Positions 16,171 through 31,903 of a DNA stretch of 64,000 nucleotides are shown piece after piece. Made by a program: the position numbers and the translations under genes. Source of the DNA: the human T2T-CHM13v2.0 reference genome, Homo sapiens; the NCBI RefSeq assembly GCF_009914755.1, contig NC_060930.1. One strand, 5' to 3'. Position 1 is the stretch's first letter; each line of letters starts with the position of its first letter. Below the pieces are notes generated by a model. The model saw only the letters and a list, made by a program, of their open reading frames with translations. It searched no databases and was not told the origin of the DNA.

Positions 16171-17122
16171 CATTTCTCAAAAGAGGACATATGATTGGCA
16201 AATAGATGCATGAAAAAATGCTGAACATCACTAACCATCAGGGAAATGCAAATTAAAACCACAATGATATCACCTCATACCTGTTAGAATGGCTATTTTC
16301 TTTCTTTCTATTTTTTTGAAAACTAGAGGAAGGGGAGGAGGTCTAGGATGTTGGCAAGGATGCAGACCCTTGCACACTGTTGGTGGGAATGTAAATTAGT
16401 ACAGCCATTTTGGAAAATAGTATGGAGGTTCCACAAAAACTAAAAATAAAATTACCATATGATCTAGCAATCCGTATTCTGGGTGTATATCCAAAGAAAT
16501 TGAAATTAGTATGTCAAAGAGATATCTGTACTCCCATGTTTATTTCAGCATTATTCACAATAGTTAAGATACAGAATCAAAATGTGGTATGTATATACAC
16601 ATGGAATACTATACAGACCTAAAAAAGAAGGAGAGTCTGTAATTTGCAACATGGATGGAATTGAAGGACATTATGCTACATGAAAGAAGCCAGGCATATA
16701 AATACAAATACTATATGATCTCACTTATATGTGGAATCTAAAAACTTAATCTCATAGAAAAAGAGAGTAGAAAGGGGATTACTAGGGGCTGGGGATGGTT
16801 GGGGAAGGGTTGGGGAAAGGGAAGATGGTGATCAAAGGGCACAGAGTTTTAGTTAGACTGGAGGAGTAAGTGTTGGTGTTGTATTGCACTGCATGGTGAA
16901 CACAGTTAATAATAATGTATTGTATATTGCAGAATTGTTAAAAGAATTTATTTTTAAAGTCCTCACTCCAAACAAATGATGTTGGAAGGGAATAAATATG
17001 CTAATTATCTTGATTGAATCTTTCTACAATGTATACATAAATCAAAACAACACATTGTAACCCATAAATATGCACAATTATTATTTGTCAATCAAAAATA
17101 AATTAATAAAAAATAAGAAAGA
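16171..17122 (+). mobile_element. L1MA-type LINE-1 3' fragment
   Basis: ORF2 C-terminal remnants (MENSMEVPQKLKIKLPYD), 3'UTR, tail; long TSD aaaactgccaggcattt near 16159 and 17123. Confidence 0.88.
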
Positions 17123-17544
17123 AAAACTGCCAGGCATTTTGTTCTTGCTGAGTTCAAGGAGTGCTTTTCAATCTCTCTCTTACTAACCTCCCTGCAGCAC
17201 AGGATCCCATCCTAATACTCTTTTTCTCTTGGCTTTCAGTACTCCACTTTCTGCCAGTCTTCTTTCATCTCTTCTCAAGCTCATTGCAACCCCTTGCCTC
17301 TTTTAATCCCTTAAATATCAGTGTTCCTTAGGATCTTATTCATGTTCTTTTTACTTTCTCTTACTACCTTTTGTTGAATTATCACCAATGCTAATGGCAA
17401 CCAAATTCATATTTCAAGCTAGACCTCTTGAGCTCCAGAGCTATACTTCCAGTTGACCACTGGCCATGCCCCTCTCCATGAACCACAATTTCCTAAATAT
17501 GTTTTTTAAAAAAGTGCTCATTATGTTTCCTCAAACACTTATTT

Positions 17545-18865
17545 TTAAATAACCCAATTTTTTAAATGGGCAAAGAATCAGAATAGATAGTTCCCAAAAG
17601 AAGACATACAAATGGCCAACAAGTGTATGAAAAAAATTTTCAATATCACTAATCATTACAAAAATACAAATTAAAACTGTAGTGAGAGATCGCCTCACCC
17701 CTGTTAGAATGGCTATTTTCAAAAAAAGATGAAAGATAACAAGTGTTGGTGAAGATGCGTAGAAAAGGGAACTCTTGTGTGTAGTCAGTCAATGGGAAGG
17801 AAAATTAGTACAGCCAATATGGAAAACAGTATGGAAGTTTCTCAAAAAATTAAAAATACAACTACGATATGGGCCAGCAATCTCTTTATCTTTTGGATAA
17901 ATCCTGGATATTTACCCAAAAGAAATGAAATCAGTATATTAAAGAGATGTCTATACCCCCACATTCATAGCAGCACTATTCACAATAGCCAAGATATGCA
18001 ATCAATCTTTGTCCATCGACAGATGAACAGATAAAGAAAATGTGATCTATATGCACAATAGAATACACTTAAAAACACTTTTAAAAAGAAGGCAATCCTG
18101 TTATTTGCAATAACACAGATGAACCTGGAGGACATTTTGTTACATGAAATAAGCCAGTCACAAAAAGATAAGTACTGTATGATCTCATTTATATGTGGAA
18201 CCTAAGAAAGTCAAACCTAGAGAAACAGGGAGTATAATGGTGGTTGTCAGGGGCTGGTGTAGAGGGAAGGATTGGAGAGAAGTTGGTCAAAGAATCAAAA
18301 CTTTTTTTTTTGAGACAAAGTCTTGCTCTGTCGCCAGGGCTGGAGTGCAGTGTCACGATCTCGGCTCACTGTAACCTCCACCTCCTGGGTTCAAGTGATT
18401 CTTCTACCTCAGCCTCCTGAGTAACTGGGACTACAGGCACGCACCACCACACCCGGCTAATTTTTTGTGTTTTTAGTAGAGACGGGGTTTCACCATGTTG
18501 GCCAGGCTGGTCTCGAACTCCTGACCTCATGATCCGCCCGCCTCAGCCTCCCAAAGTGCTGGGATTACAGGTGTGAGCCACCGCACCTGGCCAGAATCAA
18601 AACTTTTATTTGGACAGGAGGAATAAGTTCAAGAGAGCTCTTGTACAACATGGTGACCACAGTTAATAACAATGAATTGTATACTTGAAAATTTCCAAGA
18701 GAGATTTTGAGTATTCTCATGATCAAAAAAACTATGTGAGGTAACACATATGTTAATGAGCTTGATTTCACTATGCAACAATGTACACATATTTCAAAAC
18801 ACCATATTGTAAACCATAAATATGTACAATTTTATTTGTCAATTTAAGATGAATAAATAAAAAAT
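17545..18865 (+). mobile_element. L1MA-type LINE-1 3' fragment, split by an Alu
   Basis: aatgggcaaag...gacatacaaatggccaac...tttatttgtcaattt. Confidence 0.85.
18302..18592 (-). mobile_element. AluS
   Basis: Antisense dimer, TSD agaatcaaaactttt. Confidence 0.92.
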
Positions 18866-18884
18866 TTTTTAGAACTTTTTCTTG

Positions 18885-19013
18885 GGCAGGGCACAGTGGC
18901 TCACACCTAACACTTTCGGAGGGTAAGGTGGGAAGATCGCTTGAGCCCAGGAAGGGAAGGTTGCAGTGAGCCGAAATCAACCCCACTGCACTGCAGGCTG
19001 TGAGGCCCTGTCT

Positions 19014-19046
<33 letters not shown>
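18885..19046 (+). mobile_element. Alu, internally deleted (left/right arm fusion)
   Basis: Left-arm start joined to right-arm end, long poly-A. Confidence 0.78.
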
Positions 19047-19047
<1 letters not shown>

Positions 19048-19049
19048 AT

Positions 19050-19360
19050 GGCCGGGCACAGTGGCTCACGCCTGTAATCCCAGCATTTTGGGAGACTGTG
19101 GAGGGCAGATCACCCGAGGTCAGGAGTTTGAGACAAGCCTGGCCAACATGGTAAAACCCCATCTCTTCTAAAAATACAAAAATTAGCCAAGCGTAGTAGT
19201 GGTGGGTGCCTGTAATCTTAGCTACTCAGGAGGCTGAGGCAGAAGAATCACTTGAACCTAGGAGGTGGAGGTTGCAGTGAGCTGAGATCGCGCCACTCCA
19301 CTCCATCTTGGGCAAGAGAGCAAGATTCTGTCTCAAAAAAAAAAAGAAAAAGAAAAAAAA
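19050..19360 (+). mobile_element. AluS
   Basis: Full dimer. Confidence 0.9.
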
Positions 19361-19643
19361 TTAATGTCACACAGATTTCTTAGAGAGTTTAAACAATAGA
19401 TAGGTTGTATTTCAATTTAACAGTAAAACAAAATGTTTTAAGAGACTACAAAAGTCTATCCTACTGGATATTGGAAACCTTTTTCTTTACTACTTTTCTA
19501 TACTAATGACTTTATTAAAGAAAGATGTTTTGGTTAAGCCTAATCTCTTCAACTCAATCACTGTTCTAGTTATTAAGGCTTTACTGTACGGTTATATAGG
19601 CAAGTAAATTCCAAAATGGTGTAGAATTGTATGTATGCTTTAA

Positions 19644-20005
<362 letters not shown>

Positions 20006-20838
20006 ACATCTTCTGGTTCTGTTTTTGCCTCTGCCATTTACCTTGGTGCTTTCTCTGGCATCAAAAAGGGAGTTAACACAGGTCTTGGCTAATAATCATA
20101 CCACTTACATTTTTGTACATTTATAATTATAGAGTGCTTTTAATCTCATTTCATTTTGATCACAAAAAACAAGTCTTTGGAGGATTATCAGCTCATCTTA
20201 GATAAGAAACTGAGAACAGATTCGGGGGAAATGCCCAATATAAATGCCAATAGAAGAATCAAATTGGCCACTATGGCTCTGTGCCCAGTAACTCTTGCAA
20301 AAGAAGGCCAAGCATATTGGAAAGATTAATGACATAATCATTTGTATAGAAATTTGAGCCCATAATTAAAAATAGAAAAAAATGCAAACATACCTATGTT
20401 TATATTACCAACAAAGATACTAAGAAAAAACTAGTGAAAATCAGGTCTATCTACCTAGGAAACTTTTGTTTTCTTCTTACTTTTTAAAACTTGCCCTTCC
20501 TCTTGTGTTTCTTTCTACCTTAGTATCCTAAGAATTCCTTTGCCTCATCTAACATGAAAAGAAAACTCAGAACAGTATTAATTACTGTTTCTAATTGAAT
20601 TCTCGTATCTATTGATCATCTCCCCAATTGATCTCAAGTTTTCACATGAAAAACCGAACACTCTAAATAGCTCTTAGTTTTGTAAAAGACAAAATTGAGA
20701 TAAGATAAAAACCACAAAAGAACAAGTTTTTGAAAATGTTTTTTATCCCTAAAAATCTCAGGGATAAGCACTCATAGAAAGAGGTTCCTTTCCCTTCAGG
20801 GCCCCATCTACTTTGTAAAGATGGCTTCACTAGTGTGA

Positions 20839-21139
<301 letters not shown>

Positions 21140-21781
21140 CACTAGTGTGATTACTTGATTAACATCTGTCTCTCCATTAGACTAAAAGTCCTGGGAGAAC
21201 ATGGACAGTGAATATTTTTGCTCACTCATGTACCTAAGCACTTAATCATCTTGGTGCTCAGTAAATATTTGTAGGGCCAGAGCATTTCTATGAACATGAC
21301 ATTTCTACAGGGAAAAACAGGGTCCGTGAAGGCAAAGAGTGGGAGCCCTTAGAAACTGAACAGCTTTCTCTAATAACAGCTGTTTCATTGACATAAATAA
21401 GCTGAGTTACAAGTAGCCCAGATCCCCAGTATGGAGTTCAGTGTCAAGATCCTTATTTTGAACATAGTTATAAGGCATAAGGCAAGAACCAGAGTCAGAG
21501 GCTCTAAGTCAATTTCCTTTGTGGTAACGATCACAGATGGGAATGGGCCAGTATCCACCATTAATGACAACTAAGTCCCGGATTTTATCTTAGTCCTGTG
21601 GATCTATACCAAGCTTGGGAGCTGATAGTCACACTAGCATCCCTGTATTTGGCCCTGAGATACCAATCCCCCATCTGTCTTCAAATAGGGAAAACAGAGT
21701 CAAATTTGAAGTTTTAAATATTGATGGGAAATTGATGAAAATCTAAGTACAGAAATCTAGAATCAAAATTAAAATGTGCAA

Positions 21782-22114
21782 TTTTTTTTGGGGGGGGGCG
21801 GTGGTGGACAGTCTCACTCTGTCACCCAGGCTGGAGTGCAGTGGCCCAATCTCAGCTCACTGCAATCTCAGCTCACTGCAATCTCAGCTCACTGCAATCT
21901 CCGCCTCCCAGGTTCAAGTTATTCTTGTGCCTCAGCCTCCCAAGTAGCTGCGAGTACAGGCATGAACCACCAGGCCTGGCTAATTTTGGTATTTTCAGTA
22001 GAGACAGTTTCACCATGTTGGCCAGGCTAGTCTTGAACTCCTGGCCTCAAGCAATCTGCCTGCCTCAGCCTCCCAAAGTGGTGGAATTATAGGCAAGAGC
22101 CACTGCTCCCAGCC
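21782..22114 (-). mobile_element. AluS with internal 16-bp triplication
   Basis: (caatctcagctcactg)x3 at 21847-21894. Confidence 0.88.
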
Positions 22115-22214
22115 AACATGTGCAAATTCTTAACCCTCACTTTAGGTAACACTGTAAAATTGGGTTGCCATTATTGGCCCTCTCCTTCACTCATAGGGAA
22201 GCACATTTTTTTAG

Positions 22215-22366
22215 ACGTATGCTATTGTACACTTAATAAACTACAGCACAGCATCACTTTTATATGCACTGGGAAACCAAAAAAATTAAGGTGACTCACT
22301 TTATTGTGATACTTACTTTATTGCTGTGGTCCGGAACCAAACCTGCAATATCTCTGAGTTATGCCT
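22215..22366 (+). mobile_element. Tigger1 (TcMar) right-end fragment
   Basis: cttttatatgcactgggaaacc...tggtccggaaccaaacctgcaatatctctgagttatgcct. Confidence 0.75.
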
Positions 22367-22369
22367 AGA

Positions 22370-22855
22370 TACACAAGGTATACTATTCTGTATTTAAAAA
22401 AAGAAGGAAATTCTGTCATTTGCAACAACATGAATAAACCTGGAGAACATTATGTTACATGAAATAAACCAGACACAGAAAAACCAATACTGCATACTCT
22501 CACTTACATGTGGATTCTAAAGAGATTGAAGTCATAGATGCAAAGAATAGGATGGTGGTTAGTTACCAAGGGTTAGGGGAAGAGGAGATGTTGGTCAAAC
22601 TATATAAAAGTTCAATGAAACAGGAGAAATAAACTCAAGAGAGCTATTGTACAGCATGGTAAGTACAGTTAATAACGATGTATTGTATTCCTGAAAATCA
22701 CTAAAAGTGTAAATTTTAAGTGTTCTCACAACAAAAAATGAGTATGTAAGATTAGACATGTTATTTAGTTCAATTTAGCCATTCCACAATATATACGTAT
22801 TTTAAAACAACATGTACCTAGTAAGTAGATACAATTTTCTCAATTAAAATTAATT
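22370..22855 (+). mobile_element. L1MA 3'UTR fragment
   Basis: ggaaattctgtcatttgcaacaacatg...ctcacttacatgtgga. Confidence 0.8.
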
Positions 22856-22874
22856 AGTTAATTGGAATAATAAT

Positions 22875-24290
22875 AATACTGCTGGAAAAACTGGATAGCC
22901 ATATGAAAAAAAATTAACTTCAATTCCTACCTCATAGACCTAAACTTGACAGCTGAAACTATAAAGCTTCCAGAAGAAAATATAAAGTAATATTTTTGTG
23001 ATCTTGCGGTAGGCAAAGATTTCTTACTCAGGATACGGAAAGCAATAAACATAAAAGAAAAAAATTCTAATCACAAGTGATGTTAATAGAATAAGCAAGC
23101 CACAAGCTGGGAGAAAATATTCATCAAACATGTGTTTGTCAAAGAATCTGTACCTAGAATACATAAAGAATTCCTCCAACTCGATAATAAAATGACAAGT
23201 AGACCAATTAAAAATGAGCAAATGGGCCAGGCACAATGGCTCACGCTTGTAATCCCAGCACTTTGGGAGGCCGAGGTGGGTGGATCACGAGGTCAGGAGT
23301 TCGAGACCAGCCTGGCCAACACAGTGAAACCCCGTCTCTACTAAAAACACAAAAAATTAGCTGGGCATGGTGGCAGGCTCCTGTAATCCCAGCTACTCAG
23401 GAGGCTAAGGCAGAAGAATCATTTGAACCTGGGAGGCAGAGGTTGCAGTGAGCCAAGATTGCACCACTGCACTCCAACCTGGGCGACAGTGAGAGACTCC
23501 ATCTCAAAAAAAAAAAAAAAAAAAAAAAAAAAAGCAAATGACTCAGACACTTAACAAAAAAATGTAAAAATGGCCAAAAAATACATAAAACAGTGCTCAA
23601 CATAGTGAATCATTAGGAAAATGCCATAAAACCACAATGAGATACCACTACACACCCACTATAATGGGAAAAGTCAGAAAGATGTTGGTCTCATACAAAG
23701 ATGAGAATGTAAAAAGCTACAACTGGTTTTTTTTTAAATGTTTGGTGCTTTCTTATAAACATAATATGTTCTGTGACCACCAGGTCTGCCCTTTAGTATT
23801 TACTGAAGAGAAAGAAAAACATGTATCCACGCAAAGATTTGTCTATGAATATTCATAGCTAGTTTGCTTATAATTCAGGTTGGAAACAACCCAACTGTCC
23901 ATCAATAGGAACAGATAAACAAATTGTAATATGTTCATAAGACAGAATATATAGTAATAAACAGAAACAAAATACTACTGATAATTTACCCAAGAGCATA
24001 GATTAATCTCACACACATTATGCTGAACAAAAGAAGTCAGATATGTAAAAGTACAAGCCACATGACAACTTTGCTATGAAGTTCTGGAACAGGCAAGACT
24101 AACCTTTGGAGAAAGAAATCTGAACAGTGGTTGCCCTGGTGAGAGTAGAGGGTGGGGGGATTGACCTTAATGGAGCAAGACGGGAAAAATTCTGGTTTTT
24201 GGTAATAGTTTGAGTTCCATGAACATACACATTTGTCAAAACTCATGGAGCTGCAGCACTAATGACCTGTGCCTTTCACTACATGAAGAC
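22875..24290 (+). mobile_element. Old L1M fragment, split by an Alu
   Basis: Degenerate ORF2 end (aaaccacaatgagataccactacacaccc, ggaaacaacccaactgtccatc). Confidence 0.7.
23225..23533 (+). mobile_element. AluSg-like
   Basis: gatcacgaggtcaggagttcg; TSD gcaaatg. Confidence 0.9.
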
Positions 24291-24527
24291 CAAGACCCAA
24301 TAAAATAATTTAGGTCACAGAAGGTAATTTGAGAATATTATTTCCAGGGAATTAAAATTTAACTTGAAAACAAATGAAGGAATAATGTAGGGTAGGATTC
24401 ATTCCACTCTTGCCCTTCAGAAGGATAAGCCCCAGATTGGGACCGAGATGGAAGGCACAAATCTGCTTTCATTTCCACCTTACTAGAATCACGATGTGCT
24501 TCTGGTTTTAACAATATGTATTTTCTT

Positions 24528-24702
24528 GGCCGGGTGTGGTGGCTCACGCCTCTAGTCTCAGCACTTTGGGAGGCCAAGGTGGGTAGATTGCTTGAGCCCA
24601 GGAGAGGCTGCAGTGAGCCGAGATCACACCACTGCGCTCCAGCCTGGCTGACAGAGTGAGACCCTGTCTCAAAAAAAAAAAAAAAAAAAGAAGAAGAAGA
24701 AA
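24528..24702 (+). mobile_element. Alu monomer (left/right arm fusion)
   Basis: Single-arm length with right-arm end and tail. Confidence 0.8.
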
Positions 24703-26681
24703 ACAATACATATTTTCTATACAACATGCACCCAATGTCAATAATTATTTTTTCCCTCATTCCATCCATACACAAAAGCTAATTTCATCATCTGGAACCT
24801 TCAGAAGATATGATCTGTTTCAGCACTGGCCACGTTAGCCAACCTATGTGTGTCTGTCTCAAACATGATGTCAACAAGGGGAACTTTCAAGGATAAATGT
24901 GAATGTTTGTAATTTTTGCTTTATGTGCTGACTTTAGAACCTAATTGAAGATAAGCTATGATTCCATAGTAATTTTTTCTATGCAGCAGGGTGATAACTA
25001 ATATCTTAGATTTAAATGTATAACTAAATTCTTGTCATATTATTCTTAGTACTCTGGTTATAATTGAACATACCAATTGTGCGTGAATGAAGTATATTAA
25101 AATTCATTCTGCTCTTTTCCCTTCCCTCCCCTTACCCAAAAACATGAACTGTTTATAAAATTTTCAGAGTCTTTTCATTTGGTTTTACTTATCTGGACTC
25201 ATAAGCCATGCATGGTAAATTTCAGACCTATAATTTGTGGCTTCCTGCTTCCAAGATCACTCCAGAATAGTTCTCATGTGACTGTTTTTCTAGTTAAATA
25301 TTTACACATATACATGGGGTACACAGGCAGTTCATATTTGACATGATTTAACAGCATCTACATCTGTTTCTCATTATAACATGGCAGAAAAATGTGCCTA
25401 CTAAACATTTTTTAAATATATTTGTTCAAAAAATTGTTTCTACTCCTAAGATGTTTTCCACATAAAGAAAACAGAAGATGATCCCCCGCCCCCAGGCCCT
25501 TTTTAATTCCCTTTCTCTGGTTCAGGTTTCTCTCTTGCTATCAATCATTGCTTTCCAAGCCTAACCAAAGCATGTGTCATGTCTTATTTTTATCAGTGTG
25601 TGAGAAGCACAAAATTAAATTGAGACGCGAAGCGGGGAAACATCTTATTTAAATTTAAAAAGCCTTCAAAAGCAGCAAGTGGCTCCGGGTGTGATACTTC
25701 AAGATTAGCAAGATCGTGTTTGAATGCACTCCCTGCCCATATAAACAAGCCTGAAGTCTGTTCCACGCTCCCAATACACGGCTCAGGCATGGGCTTTTCT
25801 TTTGGAAAGAGAGAAAATTCTTGGCTTTCAAGAGGTCTCTTAATCATCGCTGTATCCCCAAAATTTTAAATCACAACATAAATATCTGTTCTAACTCTCC
25901 GCCATCTAGTTAAGGAGGCCAATCATATTTTAGACACGAGCATTTTTTCCAAAGATATAAAACCTAAATTATGAGAATATTCCCTTCCGAGCACTAATTT
26001 AGAATAAATTGCTATTGTCTAACTTTTATTCTGTTGTTTTCAGTTTCAATCTGCAAAACTGTTTCCTCATTTTTATTCAAAAGTTATCATCTAAGTAATA
26101 AAAAAAGTGAAAAAGAATGAAAACAAAACCCCAAAACTCCTGAATTATAAATCCTAGACGCTAACCATGTAGTTCATAACTACCAAGGAAGCAAAAATAA
26201 AAGGAATAATCATTTTCAACTATTTCAAGACTTATTTTTCCAATTTGTATCTAATTCAAAACCTTGCCTTTTTCTTTTCTCTTTCCTGCTCATCTTTTGG
26301 CTACTTCACAGCTCATTTCACTCTAGAGAAAAAGAGATTGGAGAAAATAAAAAGAGATGAGACTCAATGAGTGCAACTGGCCTCAACCGCCCTGAGGAAA
26401 AGCTTTGTTTTCAAGAAGCCTAGAAAAACTGGCTCTAATACCGATTTTAGTGCATCTGAGAATTTAAATAAACCTTAATATTCTTAATTCCTGTCACTGA
26501 TTAAAAAGGGTGGTAGTCAATTTTTAGACATTTTGGTTTATGGAATAATAAGAAAAGCTGTTTAAAGCTGGCTGTCACACTGTGTATCCAGAGAACCACT
26601 TCCTAGGATAGGAAGGATTGAACGTACCAATTGTGCGTGAATGAAGTATATTAAATTTCCCAAACAAAACTGTATATACAT

Positions 26682-26804
26682 GGCCGGGCACTGTGGTACG
26701 AGCCTGTGATTCCAGCTACTTGGGAGACTAATGTGGGAGGATCGCTTGAGCCCAGGGGCTCTAGATCAGCCTGGGCAACATAGCAAGACCTCACCTTTAA
26801 AAAA
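26682..26804 (+). mobile_element. FLAM_A-like Alu monomer
   Basis: ccagctacttgggag...cagcctgggcaacatagcaagacc. Confidence 0.75.
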
Positions 26805-26892
26805 TTGTGTATATAATTTTATCTATAGACATATATAGAGAGACACTCACACATATACATGTGTATATATGTATATGTATATTCATGAATTC

Positions 26893-27187
26893 TTTTTTGT
26901 TGTTGTTGCGACAGGATCTTGCTCTGTTGCCCAGGCTGGAGCACAGTGGTACAATTATGGCTCACTAGCCTTGACCTCCTGGGCTCAAGCAATCCTCCCA
27001 CCTCAGCCTCCTGACTAGCTGGGATTATAGGCGCGCACCACCACACCAGGCTAATTTTTGTATTTTTTGTAGCGACGGGGTTTCTCTGTGTTGCCCAGGC
27101 TAGTTTCGAACTTCTGGGCTCAAGCAATCCTCCCATCTCAACCTCCCAAAGTGCTGGGATTACAGGGGTTAGCCACCATGCCCAGCC
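26893..27187 (-). mobile_element. AluJ
   Basis: TSD tatatgtatat(t/a)catgaat. Confidence 0.88.
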
Positions 27188-27452
27188 TATATGTATATAC
27201 ATGAATAAATGTTACCTTTGAACAATATTACCTTTGAATAGTAATTCTGATGCTTCAAATATCTATGCTAATTTTAGAAGGTAAGTAACTATAATATTTG
27301 TATAAATAAAACCTACAGATGATGCAAAATAGTTTTTACTCATGAACTTATATACTAGATAAACATTTCAGGAAAGAGGGTGATACGTATATTTATAAAT
27401 TTCCTTCTCAACCTTTGAAGAAGTAAAATATAAAAAGCATCCAAAAGACCCA

Positions 27453-28500
<1,048 letters not shown>

Positions 28501-28515
28501 CCTAAAGAAAATGTT

Positions 28516-28852
<337 letters not shown>

Positions 28853-29032
28853 TTAAATGTAGAAATTGTAATACATGAACTATACTTGAAATCTCATTCA
28901 AACAAATACACAACAAAAACAAAACAAATATATGAAACAGTTAGAGGAATTTGAACATTATTAAATATTATTGGAGAATTTCATTAATCTTTTTCGATGT
29001 GACAAGTGCTTTTAAACAAGAGATTCCAGCAG

Positions 29033-29569
29033 GTGTTGTCAGCTCTGCATCCCATGCCCTTGGTTCTGAACCATTGCCTTAGATACCCTGCCCAGTTTCC
29101 AACTCCCAGCATCTGAGTCCCTTTGCCTGAGGCCTTCACTAGCCCCAGATCTACACGTGCACGAGGGACTAGAAGTGCTGAGGAATCCACACAGCTGTCC
29201 CCTCCATTCTTGCCCCTAGCGCCCCTCAACCAATCACTGTTGGGGGTTGATAAATACATATTCCAGTTCCCTTGCTCCTTGGGGACAGGGAACATATATT
29301 CTCCATGGCCTCCAGGAATTCTGCAGCAGGATTAAGCTAAAGTTGGTGGTGACAAGCTTTTTGATGTTCCCCCTATTGATTTGTTTCCCTTCCCTCTCTC
29401 ATTCTGCCAAACATTTCTTTGGTATTTACAAATAAACGTTTATTTAGTATTTAGAAATAAACATTTATTTGGTATTTACAAATAAACATTTATTTGATAT
29501 TTACACATAAATATTTGCATTACTATCTTTGTCTCAGGGTCTGCTTCTGGAGTAACCCAAACTAAAACA
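29033..29569 (+). mobile_element. ERVL LTR (LTR16-like)
   Basis: 3' end tgtctcagggtctgcttctggagtaacccaaactaaaaca; 5' boundary approximate. Confidence 0.65.
29409..29516. repeat. 25-bp AT-rich minisatellite, about 4.3 copies
   Basis: Consensus aaacatttatttggtatttacaaat; units start at 29409, 29434, 29459, 29484. Confidence 0.9.
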
Positions 29570-29628
29570 GATACATGCAGAAATATCTCAAAATGACATG
29601 ATGTCTGATTCCTTCAAAATAATATGCA

Positions 29629-29981
<353 letters not shown>

Positions 29982-30244
29982 CTAAGTGCTGGGTACAGTG
30001 GGACTTCATTTTATTATTTTGTCTACTTTGATAAGTTTGAAATTTTTCATAACAAAGTTAATTTTTTAAAATAAATGCATAAATACACTGAAAGTCAGAA
30101 TGTGAAACAGACAACATTTCAAACCAGCAGAGGCATGTGGCTTATCCAACTGGCTAGCCATCTGGAACACATCTAATAAAGCTACATTTTATCAAAATAA
30201 ATTGCAAGTGAATCAAATATTTGGATATATAAAATAAAATCATG

Positions 30245-30402
30245 GCCAGTTACAGTGGCTCATGCCTGTAATCCTAGCACTTTGGGTGCCCAAGTTGGGA
30301 GGAACACTTGAGTTCATGAGTTTGAGACCAGCCTGGGCAAGATGGCAAGACCCCATCTCTATTTGAAAAATAATAATAAAATAAATACATAAATAATAAA
30401 AA
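30245..30402 (+). mobile_element. FLAM_C-like Alu monomer
   Basis: Left arm plus tail. Confidence 0.78.
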
Positions 30403-30486
30403 GAAAATCATAAAACTATTCCAGATAAGTGTAGGATAATTTATTCCTTTTTGGATCTGAGAAGGCTTTTCTACACAATATACAAG

Positions 30487-30822
<336 letters not shown>

Positions 30823-31903
30823 CTACATAAAATACGTTTGAGGGTTTTTTTCCAGCATGGAAAAAAAAGTACCATACAAAGTCAAAAGACAAATGATCAA
30901 CTGGGAAAAATATTTCAACGCATATGACAATGAGTTCATGTCTTTCATGTATAAAGACCTCTTACAAATCAATTATAAAAGACCATTAAACCAATAGAAA
31001 AACAGGCACAAAGCTTAAAGAGGCAGTTCATAGAAAGGAAACACAAATGGCTTATGAATACAGGAAAGATAGTCCACCTCAATCATTTTAAAACAGTAAA
31101 TTATCAATGAGATAAAATTTTTCATTTATTAGATGGAAATTCTCAAAACATATTCATAAGATGGCTATTAAGTGAAAAAAATCAAAACATAGAACAGTCT
31201 GTAAACTATGCCTCCACTAGTGTATAAAAACTATATATTAATATATATGCATATCCATAGATACACATAGATAAGTATATGTACATATCTGTATATGTAC
31301 TTAAATATGCATAGGACATTTTTAGAACTACATTGTATAAACTGGTTAGTGATTGCTTCTGGGGAAGAGAACTAAGAGTGGGAGCCCAAAGTCTTAAGTA
31401 AGAGTAGACATCACTTCCCACCATGTAATTTTTAATGTTTAAATGTATATCTGTACTGTCTTTCCAATTAAAAAATAACTGGGTAATAAAATAATCTGAA
31501 TTACTTTATTCCACAAATATTTACTGCCTGAGCATCTACTTTCTGCCAATCACTACTTAAGGGCTGGGAATAGAGGTGGGGGTGACCAACATGAAACTCT
31601 GTCCTCACAGCTCTAACATGCTCCTGGGAGGAGAATAATAAAAATCTTTAATCCTGGTCAGTCTAGTAATTTTGACTGCAACTTAATTAATGCTTTCTTT
31701 GAGTGTGCTTTTTTGGGGTGTGCTTTTTGACGGTGAATATATTTAGTTTTATATAAAATCACTACTCTAGAAACACATTCTTTAGAACAGACACAATAAT
31801 TGCCATCATAATTTGAACAGGCCTTGACAAGTGAGAAGAAATGAGAAGAGGTTTGTTGTTCAAGCCTCCATGCATAGCCACATTATTTAAGAATTTCATT
31901 CTT

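Noticed and set aside
29409-29516. CRISPR-like array
   Set aside because: Head-to-tail units with no unique spacers, in primate DNA.
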